This document shows positions 56,723 to 64,000 of a stretch of 64,000 bases of DNA, one piece after another. Both the position numbers and the translations under genes were made by a program. The DNA comes from Flavobacteriales bacterium (GTDB taxonomy: Bacteria > Bacteroidota > Bacteroidia > Flavobacteriales > Flavobacteriaceae). Every line of letters begins with the position of its first letter. Position 1 is the first letter of the stretch. Under the pieces are notes generated by a model, which saw only the letters and a list, made by a program, of their open reading frames with translations, searched no databases and was not told where the DNA came from. The DNA is taken from contig JAMOMQ010000166.1 in the NCBI GenBank assembly GCA_027066995.1, positions 192 to 64,191 of the forward strand, read 5' to 3'.

Positions 56723-57913
56723 ATGATAAAATTTATAAAGAACATATCAGGCGACCGACAATTATGGGTTTATACCATATTATTAATGCTATTTTCATTT
56801 TGGATTGTTTATAGTGCCAGTAGTAATTTGGCCAATGTTTACGGAAAATCGTCCCCCTTATTTTTTGGCATTAAACACTTTATACATGTTTCTATCGGTT
56901 TCTTGATTATTTTCTTTACGCACAAATTCAATCCGAAATACTTTTCTCATTTATCACGGATTGCTATGCCCGTTATAGTTGTGGTTTTATTATTTACATT
57001 AACCCGTGGTATGACTATGGGAGGTGCCAATGCCAGTCGTTGGATTCATTTGCCCGGACTGGGCAGTGTGCAACCATCTACTATTGCTTTTGTGTTTTTA
57101 ATGATGTTTAGCGCCCGCTTTTTTGGCAAAAACGATTTGAGTAAAATAGGTTTTATCGAAAGTATCAAAAGGTATTGGATATGGGTGTTTGCCGTAGTAG
57201 GACTAATATTACCTGCCAATTTGTCAACAGCGGTATTAATATTTGCCATGGTGGTTTTAATCAGCATTATAGCAGGTTATCCGTTTAAAGATTTGTTCAA
57301 AGTTTTTGGTATCAGTATGCTGGGAGTGATATTTCTAATTTTGGTTTTAAAAGCTTTTCCCAACAGAATGTCTAACCGTTTGGACACTTGGCAAAGCCGT
57401 ATTGAAAGCTTTTTTGATTCGTCAGACAACTCAAAAGAAATAAAGTTAGATGATAAAAATTATCAAAAAACGCAAGCAAAAATTGCGATAGCCAAAGGCG
57501 GTTTGTTTGGGTTTAGACCGGGCAAAAGCGTGCAAAAAAACTTTTTACCGCAATCGGTTTCTGATTTTATCTATGCCATTATTATTGAAGAATACAGTTT
57601 GACCGGCGGCCTAATCATCTTGTTTGTGTATTTGCTATTAGGATTACGAATGTTTTTTGTAGCTAAAAAAACGCCCGACAGATATTACAAACTCTTGGTA
57701 TTGGCGGTGGGGCTTCCCATTATTGTGCAAGCATTGGCTAATATGGCTGTAGCGGTAGGTTTGTTTCCGGTTACGGGACAGCCTTTACCACTATTGAGTT
57801 CCGGAGGCACGGCCATTTGGATGAGTAGTTTTGCTATTGGCGTCATCTTAAGTGTCAGTCGTGTAACCGAACAAAAAGAACAAAAAGATTTAGATGATTT
57901 TATAACAGAATAA
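56723..57913 (+). CDS. ftsW: SEDS-family peptidoglycan glycosyltransferase FtsW
   Basis: 396 aa, about 10 TM segments. SDFIYAIIIEE and PLPLLSSGGT motifs. Confidence 0.92.
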   Translation: MIKFIKNISGDRQLWVYTILLMLFSFWIVYSASSNLANVYGKSSPLFFGIKHFIHVSIGFLIIFFTHKFNPKYFSHLSRIAMPVIVVVLLFTLTRGMTMGGANASRWIHLPGLGSVQPSTIAFVFLMMFSARFFGKNDLSKIGFIESIKRYWIWVFAVVGLILPANLSTAVLIFAMVVLISIIAGYPFKDLFKVFGISMLGVIFLILVLKAFPNRMSNRLDTWQSRIESFFDSSDNSKEIKLDDKNYQKTQAKIAIAKGGLFGFRPGKSVQKNFLPQSVSDFIYAIIIEEYSLTGGLIILFVYLLLGLRMFFVAKKTPDRYYKLLVLAVGLPIIVQALANMAVAVGLFPVTGQPLPLLSSGGTAIWMSSFAIGVILSVSRVTEQKEQKDLDDFITE

Positions 57914-57919
57914 ATATTT

Positions 57920-59026
57920 ATGAACCCCAGTAATCGACATATAAAGGTAATTATAAGCGGCGGAGGAACCGGCGGACATATTTTTCCGGCTTTGGCTATT
58001 GCCAACGAAATCAAAAACCGGTATCCCCATGCCGATATTCTTTTTGTAGGTGCCAAAGGCCGTATGGAAATGGAAAAAATTCCGGCACACGGCTACCCTA
58101 TTAAAGGCTTATGGATATCCGGTATCAATCGTTCTAAAATGTGGAAAAATATCACATTCCCTTTTAAATTGATTTCAAGCATCTGGAATGCCAAAAAAAT
58201 CATCAAAAATTTTAAGCCTGATATGGTTATAGGCACCGGAGGATTTGCCAGTGGACCCGTATTGTATGCCGCCCAACAAAAAGGTATTCCCACTTTTATA
58301 CAAGAACAAAATTCGTATCCGGGCATTACCAATAAATTACTGGCCAAAAAAGCCCGTAAAATTTATACGGCCTATGACGGACTGGAGCGCTTTTTTGATG
58401 CAGATAAAATTGTCAAAACAGGCAATCCTGTCCGGCAAAACCTTATAAATACCAATGTGGAAAAAAATAAAGCCTTACAATATTTTGGGCTCAAACCTCA
58501 GTATAAAACCATATTGTCTATTGGAGGTAGTCTGGGAGCACATCCTCTTAACGAAGGCATTAAAGATATTTTGAATCAAATCAGACAAAACAATTACCAA
58601 TTGATATGGCAAACCGGCCCCAATGATTATGAAAATTATAAAAATTTAAGTGACGATAAGATAAAAGTAATGCCATTTATAACTGAAATGCAAAATGCCT
58701 ATACCGCAGCCGATCTTATTATTTCGCGTGCTGGTGCCGGCACCATTTCCGAATTGACATTGATAGGTAAACCGGTTATATTGGTGCCTTCACCCTATGT
58801 AGCTGAAGACCATCAAACAAAAAATGCCAAAGCTCTGGAAACTAAAAAAGCGGCTGTTCTGATACCTGAAAAAAAATTGCAAACAGAACTTTGGCCCGGC
58901 ATAAAAAGAATATTTGAAAATGAAGAAGAAGCGCAGTTATTAAAACAAAACATCAAAGCTTTGGCGCAACCCGAAGCTGTTCAAAATATAGTAGATGATA
59001 TACTCAGAAGCATAAGTAAAAAGTAA
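57920..59026 (+). CDS. murG: UDP-GlcNAc:lipid I N-acetylglucosaminyltransferase
   Basis: SGGGTGGHIFPALA N-terminus and a GT28 C-terminal block (RAGAGTISEL). Confidence 0.95.
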   Translation: MNPSNRHIKVIISGGGTGGHIFPALAIANEIKNRYPHADILFVGAKGRMEMEKIPAHGYPIKGLWISGINRSKMWKNITFPFKLISSIWNAKKIIKNFKPDMVIGTGGFASGPVLYAAQQKGIPTFIQEQNSYPGITNKLLAKKARKIYTAYDGLERFFDADKIVKTGNPVRQNLINTNVEKNKALQYFGLKPQYKTILSIGGSLGAHPLNEGIKDILNQIRQNNYQLIWQTGPNDYENYKNLSDDKIKVMPFITEMQNAYTAADLIISRAGAGTISELTLIGKPVILVPSPYVAEDHQTKNAKALETKKAAVLIPEKKLQTELWPGIKRIFENEEEAQLLKQNIKALAQPEAVQNIVDDILRSISKK

Positions 59027-59725
59027 ATGAAACAAACATTTATAATCATAGCAACCTTATTCTTGTTTATCCTGACATTGGTGTTAGGCCGGTATTTTAA
59101 TGCTGTTTCGCAACAAGAACGTATACAACAAACACAGGTTTATGTCTTTCCTATGGACAAAACTTTTATACTGCCTCAAGAGGTTTCCAAACTTATGCCT
59201 ATAAATGATAGTGTGTATAAACAGATAGATATTGCCGCCATTGAAAAACAATTGGAACAAAATGCTTATATTGACAATGCCGAGGTATATAAAGATTTGA
59301 ACGGCCGGTTAACAGCCGAAATTTCTCAATACAAACCAATTGCCAGAGTCATTGGAAACAAATCATATTATATTGACTATCAAGGAAATAAAAAACCATT
59401 GTCTGACCACTATACCGAAAATGTTATTTTAATATTTGGCGATATAAATAGCAATATTAAAAAACAGCTCATTAACTTAATACATCAAATAGAAAGCGAC
59501 CCGAATTTAAAACAAATAATTTCGGAAGTGCATATTAATGATAAACAGGTTGTAATCAAAACCGATCAATTGTCAGCAGATATCAGCATTGATATACTAC
59601 AAAATATTGATAAACAACTGGATAAATTAAAAGCCATTTATAGCTATTTGGTCAAAACAAATAAAACCAATCAATATCAAAAAATAGATTTAAGATTTAA
59701 AAATCAAGCAGTTTGCAAAAAATAA
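59027..59725 (+). CDS. ftsQ: Cell division protein FtsQ
   Basis: N-terminal TM helix, a POTRA-like region, and a position upstream of ftsA. Confidence 0.8.
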   Translation: MKQTFIIIATLFLFILTLVLGRYFNAVSQQERIQQTQVYVFPMDKTFILPQEVSKLMPINDSVYKQIDIAAIEKQLEQNAYIDNAEVYKDLNGRLTAEISQYKPIARVIGNKSYYIDYQGNKKPLSDHYTENVILIFGDINSNIKKQLINLIHQIESDPNLKQIISEVHINDKQVVIKTDQLSADISIDILQNIDKQLDKLKAIYSYLVKTNKTNQYQKIDLRFKNQAVCKK

Positions 59726-61162
59726 ATGCCTATGAACACATCACATTTTCCTTCCAACCAAGAGCGACCGGAGCAAGAGTCTCCATTTAGAGATCAAGAC
59801 GACCGGTATGAAGTGGTCGGTCTAGATATCGGCACCACCAAAGTTGTGGCTATAGTCGGCAGAAAAAACCAATTCGGTAAAGTAGAAATACTCGGCTATG
59901 GCAAAGCACCCAATAACAAAGGGGTAAAAAACGGTGTGGTTATCAACCTGACCGAAACCGTTAAAGCCATTAACGAAGCTATTCAAAAAGCCGAATATAA
60001 TGCCAAAATCAAAATTAAAAAAGTTGTCGTCGGTATAGCGGGGCAACATATTCGCAGTATTCAAACCAGCGAATACATTATGCGTGAACATCCAGAAGAT
60101 ATTATCACGCAAGAAGAAATAGATAAACTCATCAATCAGGTTAAACGTATTCACGTTGAACCCGGTGAAAAAATTATACACGCTTTGCCGCAAGAATTTA
60201 AAGTGGATGACGAAGGCAATATACCCGAAATGCCGATTGGGATGGCCGGCACGCGTTTAGAAGCCAATTTTCATGTGGTTGTTGGCAAAGTTGCTTCCAT
60301 TCAAAACTTAGTCCGGTGTGTTCAAATGGCCAATTTGGAAGTTGTAGATGTTACTTTAGAGCCTTTGGCGTCGGCCGAATCGGTATTGGTAGATGAAGAG
60401 CGCGAAGGTGGCACTGTTTTGATAGATATAGGTGGTGGCACCACAGATATTGCCATCTTTAAAAACAATATCATACGCCATACAGCTATTATTCCCTATG
60501 GTGGCAATATTATAACAAAAGACTTGGCCAACGGCATTTATGTCTTAGAACGTAATGCCGAAGCCATCAAAGTCCGGTTCGGTTCGGCTTGGCCTGCAGA
60601 AAACAGTGATATGGAAGTGGTATCCATACAAGGATTGCCCGGCAGACCACCGGTAGAAATAAGCTTAAAAAGCATATCGCGTATAATCAAAGCACGCGTA
60701 GAGGAAATTATACAACTGGCAGATATAGAAATCAAACGCTACCAAGAAATCAGTAACGATCCGGTTTTATTAGGTGGTATAGTCCTAACCGGTGGCGGTG
60801 CCGAACTTAAACATTTACCGCAACTGGTAAACTTGATTACCGGCTTATATACCCGCGTCGGCAAACCCGTACAACACTTGGCAGGTGGTACCGAAGAAGA
60901 TCTGATTAGTCCTATGTATGCTACAGCAGTCGGTTTACTAATGAAAGGCTTAACCGACAAACCAAATTACGAAACCTTTGAATATGAAGAGTATGAAGAA
61001 AAACCAGCATATAACAAAACTGAAAAAACAGAATTACCAATAGATAAACAAACGGAACAATCCGAAGAAAAAGAACCGGTTGAAACCGGCGAAAGTATAG
61101 ATAAAAAAAGAAAAAAATCGCTGTATCAAGCTATGATGGAATTTTTAAAAAAATTAGAATAA
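59726..61162 (+). CDS. ftsA: Cell division protein FtsA
   Basis: GLDIGTTKVVAIVG and DIGGGTTDIAIF actin-fold motifs, plus a C-terminal amphipathic helix (SLYQAMMEFLKKL). Confidence 0.95.
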   Translation: MPMNTSHFPSNQERPEQESPFRDQDDRYEVVGLDIGTTKVVAIVGRKNQFGKVEILGYGKAPNNKGVKNGVVINLTETVKAINEAIQKAEYNAKIKIKKVVVGIAGQHIRSIQTSEYIMREHPEDIITQEEIDKLINQVKRIHVEPGEKIIHALPQEFKVDDEGNIPEMPIGMAGTRLEANFHVVVGKVASIQNLVRCVQMANLEVVDVTLEPLASAESVLVDEEREGGTVLIDIGGGTTDIAIFKNNIIRHTAIIPYGGNIITKDLANGIYVLERNAEAIKVRFGSAWPAENSDMEVVSIQGLPGRPPVEISLKSISRIIKARVEEIIQLADIEIKRYQEISNDPVLLGGIVLTGGGAELKHLPQLVNLITGLYTRVGKPVQHLAGGTEEDLISPMYATAVGLLMKGLTDKPNYETFEYEEYEEKPAYNKTEKTELPIDKQTEQSEEKEPVETGESIDKKRKKSLYQAMMEFLKKLE

Positions 61163-61311
61163 ATCATTGTAAATCAAATGCTTGATAAGATAATTAATAC
61201 CAAATTAATGCAAAAATAATATCTATTTTAATTTGAAATATAAACCAGTTTGGTATAAACTAAACAGAGATAATAAAAATTTAAAATACTGTATTGTCAA
61301 AAACAAAAAAT

Positions 61312-62937
61312 ATGAACGATTTTAATTTGAATTTGGAATTTGATTTGGAAAAAAACAAATCCAATGTAATAAAAGTAATTGGTGTTGGCGGCGGCGGTGG
61401 CAATGCCGTAAATTACATGTATCAAAAGGGTATAAAAGATGTAGATTTTGTCGTGGTCAATACCGATTCGCAAGATTTGTCTAAAAGTCCGGTGCCGGTC
61501 AAAATACAAATAGGCAAATCCTTAACCGAAGGTTTGGGCGCCGGTGCCAATCCGGAAATCGGCGAGAAAGCTGCCATTGAAGATATAGAGGCCATCAAAA
61601 GTGTGCTGGAGAACAATACCAAAATGATATTCATCACAGCCGGCATGGGCGGAGGAACAGGCACAGGTGCAGCTCCTATAATTGCCAAATTGGCCAAAGA
61701 AATGGGTATATTAACGGTCGGAATAGTGACCAGTCCGTTTATGTATGAAGGTAAAAAAAGAAATATTTATGCCCAAAAAGGTATTGAAAATTTGAGAGAA
61801 TATGTAGACTCTTTGATTATAATCAACAATAATAAACTAAGAGAAATTTACGGCAACCTGACTTACAAACAAGCCTTTGCCAAATCCGATGAAGTCTTAG
61901 CCTCGGCCGCTACCAGTATTGCCGAGGTTATCACCCGCAACTATACGGTTAATGTTGATTTTAGAGATGTTAAAACCGTTTTGGAAAACAGTGGCACTGC
62001 CATTATGGGATCAGCCAAAGCTGCCGGCAATAACCGCTCTAAAGAAGTCATTATGAATGCTTTGGATTCGCCTTTGCTTAATGACAATAAAATTACCGGA
62101 GCTAAAAATGTCCTACTTCTGATTTTATCCGGCAGCGAAGAACATGAAATTACCATGGACGAAATAAGTGAAATCAACGATTTTGTGCAGATGGAAGCCG
62201 GTCACAGCGCTGATGTCATTTTAGGTATCGGAGAAGATGAAAGCTTAGGCGATGCCATTTCCGTTACTATTATTGCGACCGGATTTAATAAAAACCAGCA
62301 AGACCTGATTACCAATGCCGAACCGGATAAAATTGTTCATATATTAAAAGACGAAAACGGTAGCGATATAAATATGACAGCCGATAACCAAATGGTTGAA
62401 AACACTTATGCAACAAGTGAAGTTATCTCCGAAAAACAACCGGATATCGTAGCAGAAGAAGATGATTATGGCAATACACAATTGACCATTGATTACAAAC
62501 TGGAACCGGAATCAAAACAACAAACCGGCACAACCCAACCGGACAATTACGACTTAAATATTGAGCTAAAACAAAAAGAACCACAAACGCAGCAACCAAA
62601 AGTAGTGGAAGAAAAAACGGCACAACAGCCTTTGTTATTCAATTTTGAAGAAAAAATGCCGGAAAATGACTTTAACGATGTTGAAGATTTGTCAGAATTG
62701 CCCATTGAAATTGCATTAAAATTGCGTAAAAAACGCAAAAGCTATATAAAAAATTATGCAACTAAACTCGACGACAAATTATTGGAAAAAGAAGAAATGC
62801 CTGCTTTTAAAAAGAAAGGTATTGATGTTGACTTAACCCCTAAATCATCAACTGAAATACACAAAATTGAAATGGATGTCGATGGTAATTTTAAATTAAA
62901 AGATAGCAATTCGTTTTTAGAGGATAATGTCGATTAA
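61312..62937 (+). CDS. ftsZ: Cell division GTPase FtsZ
   Basis: Start moved to the ATG at 61312 (MNDFNL...). GVGGGGGNAVN and GGGTGTGAAP motifs, a long acidic linker, and the conserved peptide EMPAFKKKG followed by a Bacteroidota-type tail. Confidence 0.96.
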   Translation: MNDFNLNLEFDLEKNKSNVIKVIGVGGGGGNAVNYMYQKGIKDVDFVVVNTDSQDLSKSPVPVKIQIGKSLTEGLGAGANPEIGEKAAIEDIEAIKSVLENNTKMIFITAGMGGGTGTGAAPIIAKLAKEMGILTVGIVTSPFMYEGKKRNIYAQKGIENLREYVDSLIIINNNKLREIYGNLTYKQAFAKSDEVLASAATSIAEVITRNYTVNVDFRDVKTVLENSGTAIMGSAKAAGNNRSKEVIMNALDSPLLNDNKITGAKNVLLLILSGSEEHEITMDEISEINDFVQMEAGHSADVILGIGEDESLGDAISVTIIATGFNKNQQDLITNAEPDKIVHILKDENGSDINMTADNQMVENTYATSEVISEKQPDIVAEEDDYGNTQLTIDYKLEPESKQQTGTTQPDNYDLNIELKQKEPQTQQPKVVEEKTAQQPLLFNFEEKMPENDFNDVEDLSELPIEIALKLRKKRKSYIKNYATKLDDKLLEKEEMPAFKKKGIDVDLTPKSSTEIHKIEMDVDGNFKLKDSNSFLEDNVD

Positions 62938-62995
62938 TCAAATAAAATCATTAAAAATTTTAAACCTTTTGCTTGTTTAAAAGTTATAGATAGAT

Positions 62996-63003
62996 TAATT
63001 TTG
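62996..63003 (+). promoter_or_regulatory. Candidate -7 box (TAATTTTG) upstream of tRNA-Arg
   Basis: Exact TAnnTTTG match 53 nt upstream of the tRNA. A TTTG lies at 62968-62971, but the spacing is longer than the consensus I recall. Confidence 0.35.
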
Positions 63004-63055
63004 CAATCGAAATATTTTCGTTGTGTAACATAGTGCAACGCTTAAATAAGAATAA

Positions 63056-63129
63056 GCCCGCGTGGCGCAACTGAATAGCGCATCGGATTTCGGCTCCGAG
63101 GGTTGGGGGTTTGAATCCCTCCGCGGGTA
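63056..63129 (+). tRNA. tRNA-Arg (anticodon UCG)
   Basis: GCCCGCG acceptor, D-arm GCGC..GCGC, anticodon stem TCGGA/TCCGA with loop UU-UCG-GC, T-arm GGGGGTTTGAATCCCTC. 74 nt. Confidence 0.85.
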
Positions 63130-63132
63130 CTT

Positions 63133-63170
63133 AAAAGAGATTGGCATTGAGCCGGTCTCTTTTTTTTAAC
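63133..63170 (+). terminator. Rho-independent terminator
   Basis: aaaagagattggc-attgag-ccggtctctttttttt. The stem includes two G-U pairs and is followed by a T run. Confidence 0.8.
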
Positions 63171-63459
63171 AGGGCAGATGCACACACTAAAATTTGTATA
63201 AATTGCATTATAAAGCTTATCAATTCGAGTATCCCGAACTTGTTTCGTGATGTATCAAAAATTTAGACAAGCGCGTTAAAATATTAATAGCAATGTCTTA
63301 CATTTCGATACAAATTTTCTCATAAATTCGAAAATTCACTCAATGTGACATTGCTTTAACAATATAATGCTAAAGTATGAGTTTCCCTGTCTTTTTTTAT
63401 ACCAAAATCAAAAAAACATTAAATTATTTTGCATCTTTGTAAATTAATAAAGAACCGTA

Positions 63460-64000
63460 ATGACACAAAAAATATTGATTATCAATTTTGAAGAAATTTA
63501 TCTAAAAGGTAAAAATCAAAAAATATTTATCAAACAATTGGTGCGTAATCTTAAACGCAAATTGACCAAATATCAAGATTATCTACAATTTACAAAGGCA
63601 CAAGGCGGTTCTTATTTTATTGAGATTATCAAGGAAATTCCCAAAGACATACTCGAAGATATTGTCCATATTGTTAAAAACACACCCGGCATCACCGGTT
63701 TTTATGTAGCTGATACTGCCGGCATCAACATGGATGAAATCATTGAAAAAGCAGTAGCACATGCCCAAAGATATGCCGGCACTTTTAATAGTTTTGCCGT
63801 TGTAGCCAAACGGATTAACAAATCGGTGCCGTTTGATTCAATGCGCATAGGCCGTGAAGTGGGCAGTGCCATCAATGAACGCCTTGGCAAAAAAGTAGAC
63901 CTAACCCGTCCCGACTTTAAATTACATATCAAAGTCAGAGGCCAATACACCATTATTTATTCTAAAATCATTCCCGGCATCGGCGGTTTACCGGTAGGCA
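63460..64000 (+). CDS. thiI: tRNA 4-thiouridine synthase ThiI, N-terminal part (runs off the right edge)
   Basis: Open frame from the ATG at 63460 to the window end (not in the ORF track). MTQKILIINFEEIYLKGKNQKIF... is the typical ThiI ferredoxin-like/THUMP N-terminus. Confidence 0.8.
   Translation, partial: MTQKILIINFEEIYLKGKNQKIFIKQLVRNLKRKLTKYQDYLQFTKAQGGSYFIEIIKEIPKDILEDIVHIVKNTPGITGFYVADTAGINMDEIIEKAVAHAQRYAGTFNSFAVVAKRINKSVPFDSMRIGREVGSAINERLGKKVDLTRPDFKLHIKVRGQYTIIYSKIIPGIGGLPVG

Noticed and set aside
59726-62937. Unusually long FtsA (N- and C-terminal extensions) and FtsZ (547 aa with a long acidic linker and an extra C-terminal tail).
   Set aside because: To my knowledge these extensions, including the terminal NSFLEDNVD-type tail after the PAF peptide, are normal for Bacteroidota FtsZ and FtsA.
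1-64000. Search for defence islands, prophage, IS elements, integrases, toxin-antitoxin pairs and CRISPR-Cas.
   Set aside because: No ORF shows transposase, integrase, phage, nuclease-helicase or Cas-type motifs. The only mobile-looking DNA is the non-coding 426-bp insert, reported separately.

Overview
About 64 kb of an AT-rich Bacteroidota (Flavobacteriia-like) chromosome. The taxon call is an inference from three observations: T9SS C-terminal sorting domains on secreted proteins, TAnnTTTG-type -7 promoter boxes, and many TonB-dependent receptors and lipoproteins. TGA is a normal stop codon here (it ends rsmH, ftsI and the DUF4271 gene), so the standard bacterial code applies. Most of the window is housekeeping: hemN (partial), secA, kdsA, a YdiJ-like FAD/Fe-S dehydrogenase, a GH3/beta-lactamase-fold fusion, a PduO-type adenosyltransferase, three tRNAs, thiI (partial), and a full division/cell-wall (dcw) operon from mraZ to ftsZ. 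I found no CRISPR array, transposase, integrase, phage genes or recognisable defence genes. The main points worth a second look are these. (1) In the dcw operon, murD is reduced to a 173-aa C-terminal-domain ORF with altered conserved residues, and murC is missing because the murG stop directly abuts the ftsQ start. (2) A 426-bp insert with terminal inverted repeats sits between two 140-bp copies of the 3' end of an AT-rich orphan gene. It carries a ~31-bp imperfect hairpin whose G-U pairs favour plus-strand transcription, so it may encode a structured RNA. (3) A non-coding ~99-bp tandem repeat (about 3.4 copies) lies between an HD hydrolase gene and a free-standing homolog of the archaeal ThrRS editing domain. 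(4) A MobA-like nucleotidyltransferase is translationally coupled to a polytopic membrane protein fused to a P-loop NTPase. (5) A 631-aa protein is built from about seven winged-helix-like modules. (6) A TonB-dependent receptor, a tandem OB-like lipoprotein and a divergent EEP nuclease lipoprotein look like an extracellular-DNA scavenging locus. All family assignments come from motif recognition by eye. No database search was run.
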